A stretch of DNA of 64,000 bases from Candidatus Latescibacterota bacterium (GTDB lineage: Bacteria; Latescibacterota; UBA2968; UBA8231), in assembly GCA_965242865.1 (NCBI GenBank), contig CBDETK010000013.1:3712001-3776000 (forward strand), read 5' to 3'. Shown here in pieces: positions 41,089-50,042 of this stretch. Position numbers and translations under genes: made by a program. The stretch's first letter is position 1. Every line of letters begins with the position of its first letter. The notes beneath the pieces are model-generated. The model ran no database searches, was not told the DNA's origin, and worked only from the letters and a program-made list of their open reading frames with translations.

Positions 41089-42587
41089 AGATAGTCTTTC
41101 GCAGGGGGGATATGGAGCAAGTCGGCCGGGGCCGCGCCGCCGGAAAAGCGGCTGGCCACCCGGCCGCGGTCCAGTACGATGGAACGGTCGCAGACGCCAG
41201 CGACTTCTTCGGCGTCAGAGGAAATCAAGAGTACGGCAAGCCCTCGTTGGCTCCACTGCCGCAGCACCAAGTAGAGCTCGTGACGAGCACCCACATCGAC
41301 GCCTCGGGTCGGTTCTTCAAGGATGAGTACTGCCAGATCTTCGACCAGCCAACGGGCTAGGCAGACCTTCTGCTGGTTGCCGCCCGAGAGCAAGCGCAGA
41401 GGTTGGTCGAGGTGAGCGGTGCGAATGCCTAGGCGGTCCACCCAGCGTTGCGCGTGGCTTGCTTCGCGCGGCTTGGACACGGAGAACAAGCGCACGAAGT
41501 GGTCGATAAAGGGCAAGGTGATATTGGCCCGAACCCCGAGGTCGGGGACGATGCCTTCGCGCTGGCGTTCGGCCGCCACAAAACCGATTCCCGCGTCGCG
41601 GCCCCGGCGCGGGTTGGTCGGGAGATATGGAACCCCCGTGAGCGTAAGGCGGGCGCCGGGCAGCGGCCCCAATGCGCCGTAGATGGCCCGGCCGAGCTGG
41701 TCAATGCCCGAGCCGAGCAAGCCGAAGACGCCAAAAATCTCGCCGCGGTGGAGCGCGAAGGACACGCTGTCGAGGGAGTCGGGCAGGCTCAGATTTTCAA
41801 CCTCCAGCGCAACCTCGCCGCCGTGTGCGCCGCGCGGCGGGTAGAGTTCGTCCACGGTGGTGCCGAGCATGGCGTCGAGCACTTCGCGCCGCGAAGCCGT
41901 GGCAGGGGCAAAGTCTCCGGCGTTCAGCCCGTCGCGCAGCACGGCGATGCGGCCGGCGATCGCGAAAACCTCGTCGAGGTAGTGGGAGATGTAAATGATG
42001 CCGATCTGCTGCTCTTTGAGCCGCTCGATGACGGCGAAGAGCGTTTGGACCTCGCGGTCGGCGAGGGCCGCGGTCGGCTCGTCCATGACGATGATCCGCG
42101 CTTGGCCAGCGAGGGCGCGGGCGATTTCTACTAGTCGCTTGTGCGGCGCGGAAAGCCGCTGGACCAGCGCGTCGGGGTCGAGGTCGCAGCCGAGCCGGTC
42201 GAGCAATGCCCGCGCTTGGGTGTGCAGTGCCGGGCGGTCCACTCCGCCCGAGCGTTTGATCGGCAGGTCCGCGATGAGGATGTTTTCGGCGACCGTGAGG
42301 TCGGGCAAGACCGATACTTCCTGCGGCAAAAAGCGGACGCCGTGGGCGATGGCCGCTTCGGGCTGGTCGTAGCGCACCGCGTGGTCGTTGACGCGGACGA
42401 TGCCAGCGTCGCGGCGGTACACGCCGCAGAGGATTTTCACCAAAGTAGATTTCCCCGCTCCGTTGGCCCCCAGCAGTGCTAAGACCTCTCCGGCGTCTAA
42501 ACGGAGATCGACCTCGCGCAAAACTTGGGCGCGGCCAAAGGATTTGCAGATGCCCGCCATCTGCAACAAGGGTGCGGTGTGCCCCAT
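41085..42587 (-). CDS. Sugar ABC transporter ATPase (RbsA-like)
   Basis: GANGAGKSTL, MDEPTAAL, LSGGNQQK. Confidence 0.93.
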   Translation of the reverse strand: MGHTAPLLQMAGICKSFGRAQVLREVDLRLDAGEVLALLGANGAGKSTLVKILCGVYRRDAGIVRVNDHAVRYDQPEAAIAHGVRFLPQEVSVLPDLTVAENILIADLPIKRSGGVDRPALHTQARALLDRLGCDLDPDALVQRLSAPHKRLVEIARALAGQARIIVMDEPTAALADREVQTLFAVIERLKEQQIGIIYISHYLDEVFAIAGRIAVLRDGLNAGDFAPATASRREVLDAMLGTTVDELYPPRGAHGGEVALEVENLSLPDSLDSVSFALHRGEIFGVFGLLGSGIDQLGRAIYGALGPLPGARLTLTGVPYLPTNPRRGRDAGIGFVAAERQREGIVPDLGVRANITLPFIDHFVRLFSVSKPREASHAQRWVDRLGIRTAHLDQPLRLLSGGNQQKVCLARWLVEDLAVLILEEPTRGVDVGARHELYLVLRQWSQRGLAVLLISSDAEEVAGVCDRSIVLDRGRVASRFSGGAAPADLLHIPPAKDYL

Positions 42588-42589
42588 GC

Positions 42590-43762
42590 TCAGTGGTCGG
42601 GAATCAACTGCTCGTACCCGGCGAGTTCGGGCTTGTCCCTGAGCGTGGCCAAGTGTTCGCCAAAGGCCGCCTGCGGGAAGACGTAGTCGAAGCCTTGCTC
42701 GCCGTGGCATTCGTATTCGGGGTAGAATTGACAGATGTTGGCCGGGTGGATCATTACGTGGTTGACGGTGACCGCCGGTGGCACATCGCGGCCCGCTAAG
42801 CGCATCAGGCCCAGCGGGACGAGGTAGTTGCCGTAGCGCTCGGGGAAGTAAGCGACTGAGGCGATGAAATGCTCCTCGGCGACCATCGTCTCCAACTCAT
42901 CGGCCCCCTTGCCGACGACCAGTGCGTCTGCGCCGCGCCCCTGCTGTTGCACGGCGCGCAACATGCCGGAGACCGACTGGTCGTTGATGGCGGTGATCAG
43001 GATCGGCGCGCCTTGGGGGATGCGGCCGAGCGCGTTGCTCATCTGCTGGAAGGAATACTGGAGCGTGTTTTTGGTGTCGATGCGGATGATGCGCTCCGGG
43101 GGGAAGCCGGGCAGCGAGGCGAGGAAGCCGGCGATCTGTCCCTCGGTGCGCATGGCGGGAATCGCGCCCGACTGCGGCAGTTCGCCCACGACGAAATACC
43201 CCTCGGTGAGTGCCCGCTCGCCAAAGCGCGCTTTGGCCGCCTGCGCTAGGTAAGAGCCGCCCATAAAGCCGGAGCGGGGGTTGTTGGCCCCGAAGTAAGT
43301 GGCCCCCGGCATGGGGATGTCGATGGCGACCACGCCGATCTGCTTGCGGTTGAAGTGCTGCATGATCGCCGGGCCGAAGTTGACGTCGGTTTGGAACTCG
43401 ATGCAGAAGTCAACTTGACGCCGGGCGAAGCTCTCGGCGTTGGCGAGGGCGGTCGGCCCGTCGAGCCGGTTGTCGGCGATCAGCAATTCGATGCCGGCGG
43501 CCGCCGCGTTGCGTTCAATGCTCTTTTCGACCTTGATGCCAAAGCTGATGTCGCGCTGCAAGTTGGCGAAGCCAAAGACGAGGGCTTGGCCGTTCTTAGG
43601 GGGCGAGTGTTGCGCGGCTTCGGCAGCCATTGCTTGGAGCACTGCCGGAGGAAGCATTAGCCCGTCGTAGGTCGCGGGGTCAAAGCCGTGGAAGTCTTCG
43701 CTCGATGCGGAGACCGGGGCAAAGAACAAACAGGCGGCTAGAATGAGGCGGGTCGAGGTCAT
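42590..43762 (-). CDS. Sugar ABC transporter periplasmic binding protein
   Basis: Signal peptide MTSTRLILAACLFFAPVSA; IDIP..GA.YFG.NN, YFPERYG. Confidence 0.88.
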   Translation of the reverse strand: MTSTRLILAACLFFAPVSASSEDFHGFDPATYDGLMLPPAVLQAMAAEAAQHSPPKNGQALVFGFANLQRDISFGIKVEKSIERNAAAAGIELLIADNRLDGPTALANAESFARRQVDFCIEFQTDVNFGPAIMQHFNRKQIGVVAIDIPMPGATYFGANNPRSGFMGGSYLAQAAKARFGERALTEGYFVVGELPQSGAIPAMRTEGQIAGFLASLPGFPPERIIRIDTKNTLQYSFQQMSNALGRIPQGAPILITAINDQSVSGMLRAVQQQGRGADALVVGKGADELETMVAEEHFIASVAYFPERYGNYLVPLGLMRLAGRDVPPAVTVNHVMIHPANICQFYPEYECHGEQGFDYVFPQAAFGEHLATLRDKPELAGYEQLIPDH

Positions 43763-43772
43763 AGAGGCACTT

Positions 43773-43894
43773 TCGTTTGGGAATGGACTGAGAATATACG
43801 GCGCGGCTAGCGGGTGGCTCAAGGCGCGGCGATGCGGTTGGTTACCGTGACCCTCCCCGCCCCGCTGGATTCCGGCCTTCGCCGGAATGACGGT
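43773..43894 (-). repeat. Copy 1 of REP palindrome plus sigma70 promoter/5'UTR unit
   Basis: 43773-43833 is identical to 45018-45078; minus strand reads TTGAGC-18 nt-TATATT; palindrome GTCATTCCGGCGAAGGCCGGAATCCAG. Confidence 0.9.
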
Positions 43895-43933
43895 CCTTTC
43901 TTTTGCAGACTGTCCCTTAGTGCCGCCTCAATA

Positions 43934-45001
43934 TCAGCGACCGTTAGCGACTGACGGGCTAAACCCCCGAACCTGAAGCTCATGGAACGGCAGCCCCGTC
44001 TCTAATACGGTTTGTTCCCATGGATCCAACAATAATGATCGCTCTTCCAGATACTCGATCAACTCATCAGCCAGAATACTAAAGAACTTGGTTGGTTCAA
44101 CCAGATGATACAAAACAAGTGCTATATCCTGCGCTTCAGATTTCGTGACAGATAGCTCCTTCAAAGCATTGCGCTGTACCGTAGCACTCTCCCAGTATCC
44201 AGTGAATATTCTAGCTCTGTGTAGATAGCCACGTGTACTCCTTAGTTGATTGGTTAGATAGTCGATTTCGGACTGGATGGTCTCTAATGTCGTTCGCATT
44301 TTGACATTCTCAACAAACGGAAGTATCATGCTCAGGAGTTCATATTGCACTTTGCTTAGAATGGAAAAGAAGTCAGCGGAATCGGACTTCTTGGCGCACT
44401 CTACGAAGTGCCGAAATTCCGAATTGTAAGTTTTGCTTATAGCGATACGACGCATGACTTCATCGATCTCTTTCTCGCAGAAGAATAGCGCTGCTTCTCG
44501 CAAGGCGGACCGCGTGTCTTCCGAAGAGTGAATCACACACATCACAATATTCTGTGCGTCAAATTCGTAACGAAGCTCGCCCGGTACAGTCAAAGCGGGG
44601 TTGGAGGACCCCTTGAAAGAATTCAAAACCGTCGATACGTCATTTCCTAGTTTCAAAGAGTCACCGACAACAAGAACAGGCATACAAGGCGAAAGTCGAT
44701 AGTACCGGGGAGTCAACCACCACATCGGTCGATTCCCATGTCTCATCAGTCGGCATTGGGTGTACCGGTACAATTCCTCTATGACTCGGTCGTGCGGCGT
44801 TGCCAATTTTGAAGCACCAAAGTAGATCGCACGTGCTTGAAGAAATTTTCTGATAGCATCTGTTTGTCCTCGATACACTGCATCGGGGCGAATTATCAGA
44901 AACCCGATGTCTGAGATTCGCGGACCCCATTTCATAGCAATTCGGTCCGGGACTTCAAAGTCGTTTTCAACTAGGGATGTCAATACTCGTTCTATGTTCA
45001 T
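43934..45001 (-). CDS. Divergent nucleoside-diphosphate-kinase-fold protein with C-terminal helical extension; AT-rich
   Basis: FLIIRPDAVYRG, KGSSNP...PGELR, IHSSED, REAALFF resemble NDK IKPD, GxTxP..PGTIR, HGSD, RE..LFF. Confidence 0.75.
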   Translation of the reverse strand: MNIERVLTSLVENDFEVPDRIAMKWGPRISDIGFLIIRPDAVYRGQTDAIRKFLQARAIYFGASKLATPHDRVIEELYRYTQCRLMRHGNRPMWWLTPRYYRLSPCMPVLVVGDSLKLGNDVSTVLNSFKGSSNPALTVPGELRYEFDAQNIVMCVIHSSEDTRSALREAALFFCEKEIDEVMRRIAISKTYNSEFRHFVECAKKSDSADFFSILSKVQYELLSMILPFVENVKMRTTLETIQSEIDYLTNQLRSTRGYLHRARIFTGYWESATVQRNALKELSVTKSEAQDIALVLYHLVEPTKFFSILADELIEYLEERSLLLDPWEQTVLETGLPFHELQVRGFSPSVANGR

Positions 45002-45017
45002 GGGACTATGCTGACCG

Positions 45018-45175
45018 TCGTTTGGGAATGGACTGAGAATATACGGCGCGGCTAGCGGGTGGCTCAAGGCGCGGCGATTGCTTTTCAGGGGCGATGCGGT
45101 TGGTTACTATTGAGCACGACGCCGGGCGCGACTCGCCCCTCCCCGCTGGATTCCGGCTTTCGCCGGAATGACGGT
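45018..45175 (-). repeat. Copy 2 of REP palindrome plus sigma70 promoter/5'UTR unit
   Basis: 61-bp identity to copy 1, shared GCGGTTGGTTAC block, palindrome GTCATTCCGGCGAAAGCCGGAATCCAG. Confidence 0.9.
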
Positions 45176-45217
45176 GTAAGAGAGGGTGAGTGTCCCCATC
45201 GCTAACAGGAGAGAATT

Positions 45218-46354
45218 ATGCTGACTAAAGAAGGATGCCGCACGCGGCAGCAACGCCTGTGTGCGCGGCTGGCCGAACTCGACATTGACGCGGCCGTGAT
45301 CAATCACCCGAAGGAAATCTACTACTTCACCGGGATCATCATCCCCGAAGAGTTTCCCGGTCCGCCGGCCCTCTTCTGGCTGGAGGCCGATGGGCGCTCC
45401 TTGCTGATCGCGCATACCGACGCCGGCGAGCCGTGCACCGACGAGTGTGTCACCTTTCCCCTCAGCGTCGGCGGCACGGTCTCGCCCGACCTGCGCGAGG
45501 CGATAAGCGGGCGGATCGCCGATGCGCTGCGTGCCAAAAAGCTGGCCGCCGGTCGCTTGGGATGGCAGAGCGAGTGTTTGCCGCGTCGCTTGGGACAGGC
45601 GGTTGAAGAAGGGCTGGGCAAAACGCCGGTATGGGTTGCGGTTGATGACTTGCTCGCCGACCTGCAGGAGGTCAAAGACCCCGACGAGATCGAGCTGCTG
45701 CGCAAGGCCGTGCAGGTTGATCTGGCCGCATACTCCGCGGCGGAAGCGGCGATCGCACCGGGCGTCAACGAGTTGGAGGTGCTCGCGGCAGCGCAACGAG
45801 CAGCGCACCTTGCGGCCGGCGAGAAAGTTTTCCACGACGGCGATTACCAGTGCGGCGAGTTGGGCGGTTTTGCGCGCAATCGCCCGATTGAGGCCGGAGA
45901 AATCTACGTCATTGACGCTTGGTCGGTGTACCGCGGCTACTGGGCGGATTTGTGCCGCAGCTTTGCAGTGGGTGAGCCGACCGAGGTGCAGCACTCCGTC
46001 TTTGAGCACGTCAAGGGCTTTCACAATCGCGTCGGCGAGTACTTGCAGCCGGGCAAGGATGGCCGCGAGTGCGCGGTGGCCATGGACGCCTATATCCGCG
46101 AGCATCCCAAATTGGCCGACGTTGGCTTGATCCATCACGCCGGGCACAACATCGGCCTCCGGGCGCACCAGATGCCCGATCTCAACAAGGAGCGCGGCGG
46201 CACCTTGCGCGTGGGCAATGTGGTCTCGGTCGAGCCCGGGGCCTATATCCCCGAAGCGCGGGCCGGGGTGCGGCTGGAAAACATATACCTGATTACCGAG
46301 GACGGCTTGGAAAACCTGTCTCCGTATCCAATGGAATTGGGGGCGCACTGTTGA
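45218..46354 (+). CDS. M24-family peptidase/creatinase-like protein
   Basis: VKDPDEI, IDAW..YRGYWADLCR, HHAGHNIG, SVEPG.Y, GVRLEN. Confidence 0.85.
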   Translation: MLTKEGCRTRQQRLCARLAELDIDAAVINHPKEIYYFTGIIIPEEFPGPPALFWLEADGRSLLIAHTDAGEPCTDECVTFPLSVGGTVSPDLREAISGRIADALRAKKLAAGRLGWQSECLPRRLGQAVEEGLGKTPVWVAVDDLLADLQEVKDPDEIELLRKAVQVDLAAYSAAEAAIAPGVNELEVLAAAQRAAHLAAGEKVFHDGDYQCGELGGFARNRPIEAGEIYVIDAWSVYRGYWADLCRSFAVGEPTEVQHSVFEHVKGFHNRVGEYLQPGKDGRECAVAMDAYIREHPKLADVGLIHHAGHNIGLRAHQMPDLNKERGGTLRVGNVVSVEPGAYIPEARAGVRLENIYLITEDGLENLSPYPMELGAHC

Positions 46355-46406
46355 GCGAGGTGTAGTTGCCCGGTCCACATCCCCTAAACAGACGTAGGAG
46401 ATTCTT

Positions 46407-47567
46407 ATGAAAATCAGCGACATCAAAGCCTATCCAACGTGGGTCGGCCACCGCAATCAACTCATCGTCAAGGTCGAGACCGACGAAGGCATCTACGGCT
46501 GGGGCGAGTCCGGGCTGTCCGGGCGCGAGTTGGCCGTAGTAGGGGCTGTCCGGCACTATCGGGAGTTTTTGCTCGGTCGGGATCCGTGCGAGATCGGGCG
46601 GCTCTGGCAGGAGATGTACCGCGGCCAGTACTTTGAAGGCGGGCGCGTGTTGACCGCGGCGATTTCGGCCATTGACATCGCCTTGCACGACGTGGTCGGC
46701 AAGGCTCTCGGCGTGCCGGTCTATCAGCTTCTGGGCGGCAAGCAGCGCGAGTGGGTGCCTTGCTTTGCGACGACCGGGGCACCGGATCTGGCGACCTTGG
46801 TCAGCAACTGCAAGCTGCTGTTGGACAAGGGTTGGGACGTGATTCGCACGGGAATGGCCCAGCGCAACCAGTACGACGACGAGCGGCTATTCGAGCCGCG
46901 CGAGACCATCGGCATCACGGCGGCTTGGCTGACCGAAGTGCGCCAAGAAATTGGTCCCGACCCGGTCTTGGGCATTGACTATCACCATCGGCTGACGGTC
47001 GCCGAGAGCGCGTCGTTCTGCCAGAAGATGCCGCCGGGGACGCTCGATTTTCTCGAAGAACCCATCCGCGACGAGTGCCCCGAAGCCTACGAATCGCTCA
47101 GGACGATGACGGATGTGCCCTTTGCCATCGGCGAGGAGTTTGCCAGCAAGTGGCAGTTTTTGCCCTATCTAGAGCGGGGCCTCACGCAGTTTGCGCGGCT
47201 CGACGTGTGCAATGTCGGCGGGCTGACCGAGTCGATGAAGGTGGCGAGCTTGGCCGAATCCCACTACATCGACCTGATGCCCCACAACCCACTGGGGCCG
47301 ATCTGCACGGCCGCGACCGTGCATCTGGCTGCGGCCGTACCCAACTTCGCGTGGCTCGAGCATCGCGTGACGCCGACCGAAGCGGGGAAATTCATGGACG
47401 AGGATTTGTTCCCAGTGCAGTGCGAATTGGTGGGGTCCATGTTGAAGGTGTCCGAGGGGCCGGGGCTGGGCGTGGAGTTCAACGAAGAGCTGGCCAAGGA
47501 ACAGGAGTTCAAGTTTTGGGAAGCACCACATTTGCGCCGGCGGGATGGGTCGCATACGAACTGGTAG
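46407..47567 (+). CDS. Mandelate racemase/enolase-superfamily acid-sugar dehydratase (DgoD/ManD-like)
   Basis: VKVETDEG.YGWGE, SAIDIALHD, IDYHHR, FLEEP, AIGEE, MPHNP. Confidence 0.92.
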   Translation: MKISDIKAYPTWVGHRNQLIVKVETDEGIYGWGESGLSGRELAVVGAVRHYREFLLGRDPCEIGRLWQEMYRGQYFEGGRVLTAAISAIDIALHDVVGKALGVPVYQLLGGKQREWVPCFATTGAPDLATLVSNCKLLLDKGWDVIRTGMAQRNQYDDERLFEPRETIGITAAWLTEVRQEIGPDPVLGIDYHHRLTVAESASFCQKMPPGTLDFLEEPIRDECPEAYESLRTMTDVPFAIGEEFASKWQFLPYLERGLTQFARLDVCNVGGLTESMKVASLAESHYIDLMPHNPLGPICTAATVHLAAAVPNFAWLEHRVTPTEAGKFMDEDLFPVQCELVGSMLKVSEGPGLGVEFNEELAKEQEFKFWEAPHLRRRDGSHTNW

Positions 47568-47698
47568 TGGCTATGGAGAAAGGCGCAAACCTCAACCAAG
47601 TGGTCAAAACTTGCTTTAGCGACATTTGATCTGTGGGGCGGCTCGCCTCGCGGCGGTCGTCAACTCGATTACTACCCCTGTTGTAAGGAGATTGCTGG

Positions 47699-48739
47699 AT
47701 GCCTTACCTAATCGCGCTCTATTTCCTATTGGCGTCTTGTTCCGCTGAGAAGCCGCCCGTTGCACAGGCTGCGGGCAACCTTTCGATTTTCTTCTGGTTC
47801 GAGTACATCCCCCAAGAGCTCCTCGACAAGTTCGCGGCCGAGACCGGAATTGAAGTGACCATGGATACGTACACATCCAACGAGGCAATGCTGGCGTCGC
47901 TCAAGGCGGGCAAGCTCGGCACCTATGACGTGGCCGTTCCAAGCGACTACATGGTGCAGATCATGATCCAAGAGGGGATGCTGGACGAGATCGGGCCGGG
48001 CGCGTTGACCAATGTCGGCAATATCGAGGCACAGTGGGTGAATGTGTCGTACGATCCGGGCCGCAAACACTCGATCCCGTACCAATGGGGCACGACCAGT
48101 TTTTCCGTGAACCGCGATGTGTACTCCGGTGACATCAACACCACCGCTATCCTCTTTGACCCGCCCGAGAGCCTGCGCGGCAAGATCAACATGCTCGACA
48201 GCCAGCGAGAGGTCATGGCACTGGCGTCGCTACATCTAGAGCTTCCGCAATGTGTGACGGACCGCGAGAAGTTAGACGCGCTCGACGCGCTTCTTCAGGC
48301 CGCAAAACCGCATTGGGCCTCCTTTGGATCAGATACCGCCAAAGACGCTTTGATCTCTGGTGCTGCCGCTGCGAGCATGATCTACAACAGTCTCTTTATC
48401 CAAGCGCGTACCGCGGGCGCGAACATCGACTACGCCTATCCGAGGGAAGGCTACATTTTGTGGATGGACAACGTCGTTCTCCTAAAAGACGCTCCCAACC
48501 GCGAAAACGCAATCAAGTTCATGGATTTCCTGCTGGAGCCGGAGAACATCGCGGCAGTGAGCAATTTTGTCCGCTCTGCCGCTGGGGTCGCGGGCGCGAC
48601 CGATTTGATAGATGAAAAGTTGAAGGCTTCGCCCGAGTTCGCGCCGCCAGCAGACGCGCCGCCGGGGACCTTCGTCGAGGTTTGCGACTCCGACACTCAA
48701 GCGAGCTACGACGCGATCTGGACGCGGCTCAAGCAATAG
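47699..48739 (+). CDS. Polyamine ABC transporter substrate-binding lipoprotein (PotD/PotF-like)
   Basis: LASC lipobox, W.EYIP, YTSNE, YDVAVPSDY, IPYQWGT, YPREG..LWMDN. Confidence 0.9.
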   Translation: MPYLIALYFLLASCSAEKPPVAQAAGNLSIFFWFEYIPQELLDKFAAETGIEVTMDTYTSNEAMLASLKAGKLGTYDVAVPSDYMVQIMIQEGMLDEIGPGALTNVGNIEAQWVNVSYDPGRKHSIPYQWGTTSFSVNRDVYSGDINTTAILFDPPESLRGKINMLDSQREVMALASLHLELPQCVTDREKLDALDALLQAAKPHWASFGSDTAKDALISGAAAASMIYNSLFIQARTAGANIDYAYPREGYILWMDNVVLLKDAPNRENAIKFMDFLLEPENIAAVSNFVRSAAGVAGATDLIDEKLKASPEFAPPADAPPGTFVEVCDSDTQASYDAIWTRLKQ

Positions 48740-48772
48740 GCTGTTGGGAAACCCGCACTGGTGATGACGCCG

Positions 48773-49942
48773 TCAGGAAATTATCTCACCGGCCCACAGC
48801 AACTGTAAAAACGCTTTCCAAGGCACAATGCGAATTGGACCGACGACTCGCTCGGCCGGTTCGTTGCAAACGACAAGTGCTTTTTTTGGGGTGTATTCAT
48901 CGATAAATGCGCGTAGGGGCCGAAGGGCTTTATCTTCTACCCGGCACGTGCCCTTTACCTCAATGGCGACCTCGCCGTTGCCCAGCACAAAGTCAACCTC
49001 TAGTCCCGACTTGGTGCGCCAAAAGTGGACATCGTACTGTAACGCGCTGTAAGAAGTATATGCTCTCAATTCGCAAAAAATAAAGTGCTCAAACGCTTGG
49101 CCAAAAACGGCACCTTGGGCGTCCTGCAAATGTCGTCTCGCAAGCACTCCGGCCACGCCCACATCAAATAAGTAGAACTTAGACGCTCTCGAAATGACTT
49201 GGCGGCTTTGTCGCCTCTTGAAAGGTGCGACCATGCTGCCCAAAAGCGTATCGACGAGAATCTGATAGTACTCCTTCACGGTCTTGGAACTCACACCGCA
49301 CACTCGGGCGATATTGGAAAAGTTGGTCAACTCGCCGTGCGAGTATCCCATCGCCTCAAAAAATCTGGAAAATGCCGGAATATCGCGCGTCAAGCCCTCG
49401 GCAAAAACCTCTTCCTTTAGGTAATCTTGCAGGTATGCGTTCAGAGAACGGCGGTACTGAACGCTGGCAAAGTGATCGGGGATCAGGCCGCGATTCAAGA
49501 TAGTCAAAAGGTCCATATCGCCGTCATTCAACTCGTCCGTCACCAACGGAAACATTTCGTAGCGCCACGCCCGTCCGCCGAGCAAGTTAGCTCGTCCCCG
49601 CTTGAGCTTGCGCGCACTGGAACCACACAGAATAAAACGCAGCCCCTTGTTTTCGATGAGCCAATGCACTTCATCTAACAAGAGCGGCACGCGCTGCACT
49701 TCGTCCAAGAGGATCGGACGCGCCGCCAGCAATGCTTCGGGTTGTGCGAGTAGCTGTTCGCGCAACAGGGCTGGCCGCCGGTTGAAGTCCAGCATCAAAT
49801 CCGTCTTTAGAAAATCATAGACTAGGCTGTTGGGAAACGCTTGTTTGAGATAGGTGGATTTCCCCGTCTTGCGCGGTCCCCACAAAAAGGCCGACTGCCG
49901 ATTGGGCAAGTCCATCTCTAATCGTCGCCGATACTGAACCAT
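48773..49942 (-). CDS. AAA_14 ATPase with DUF4143 domain
   Basis: GPRKTGKST, LLDEVQ, LCGSSA, LLGGRA, KFYLFDVG, FWRT..G.EVDF, IEVK. Confidence 0.9.
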   Translation of the reverse strand: MVQYRRRLEMDLPNRQSAFLWGPRKTGKSTYLKQAFPNSLVYDFLKTDLMLDFNRRPALLREQLLAQPEALLAARPILLDEVQRVPLLLDEVHWLIENKGLRFILCGSSARKLKRGRANLLGGRAWRYEMFPLVTDELNDGDMDLLTILNRGLIPDHFASVQYRRSLNAYLQDYLKEEVFAEGLTRDIPAFSRFFEAMGYSHGELTNFSNIARVCGVSSKTVKEYYQILVDTLLGSMVAPFKRRQSRQVISRASKFYLFDVGVAGVLARRHLQDAQGAVFGQAFEHFIFCELRAYTSYSALQYDVHFWRTKSGLEVDFVLGNGEVAIEVKGTCRVEDKALRPLRAFIDEYTPKKALVVCNEPAERVVGPIRIVPWKAFLQLLWAGEIIS

Positions 49943-49978
49943 TTTGAATGTTTCTCCAAATTAGTCGAACTTTTTTGG

Positions 49979-50007
49979 AGTTTAGTCCAAAATGGAAAGT
50001 CTGTCAA
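49979..50007 (-). promoter_or_regulatory. Sigma70 promoter for the AAA-DUF4143 gene
   Basis: Minus strand TTGACA-17 nt-TAAACT; inverted repeat CTCCAAA...TTTGGAG (49954-49980) just downstream. Confidence 0.7.
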
Positions 50008-50042
50008 GCCGAGGGATAGACTGGGCCGATTCTAGTTTTCTA

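Noticed and set aside
43763-45067. Identical N-termini MSHPLAAPYILSPFPN on two ORFs in the track
   Set aside because: Artefact of the ORF caller starting at the TTG of the duplicated -35 box; likely starts are 43762 and 45001.
46349-46387. M24 gene ends Cys-TGA, resembling a CU selenoprotein motif
   Set aside because: No SECIS is evident and M24 enzymes are not known selenoproteins.
45107-46426. Long antisense or alternative-frame ORFs (e.g. 45107-46426, 793-1827, 57229-58335)
   Set aside because: Shadow ORFs of well-supported genes, expected at high GC; no motifs.
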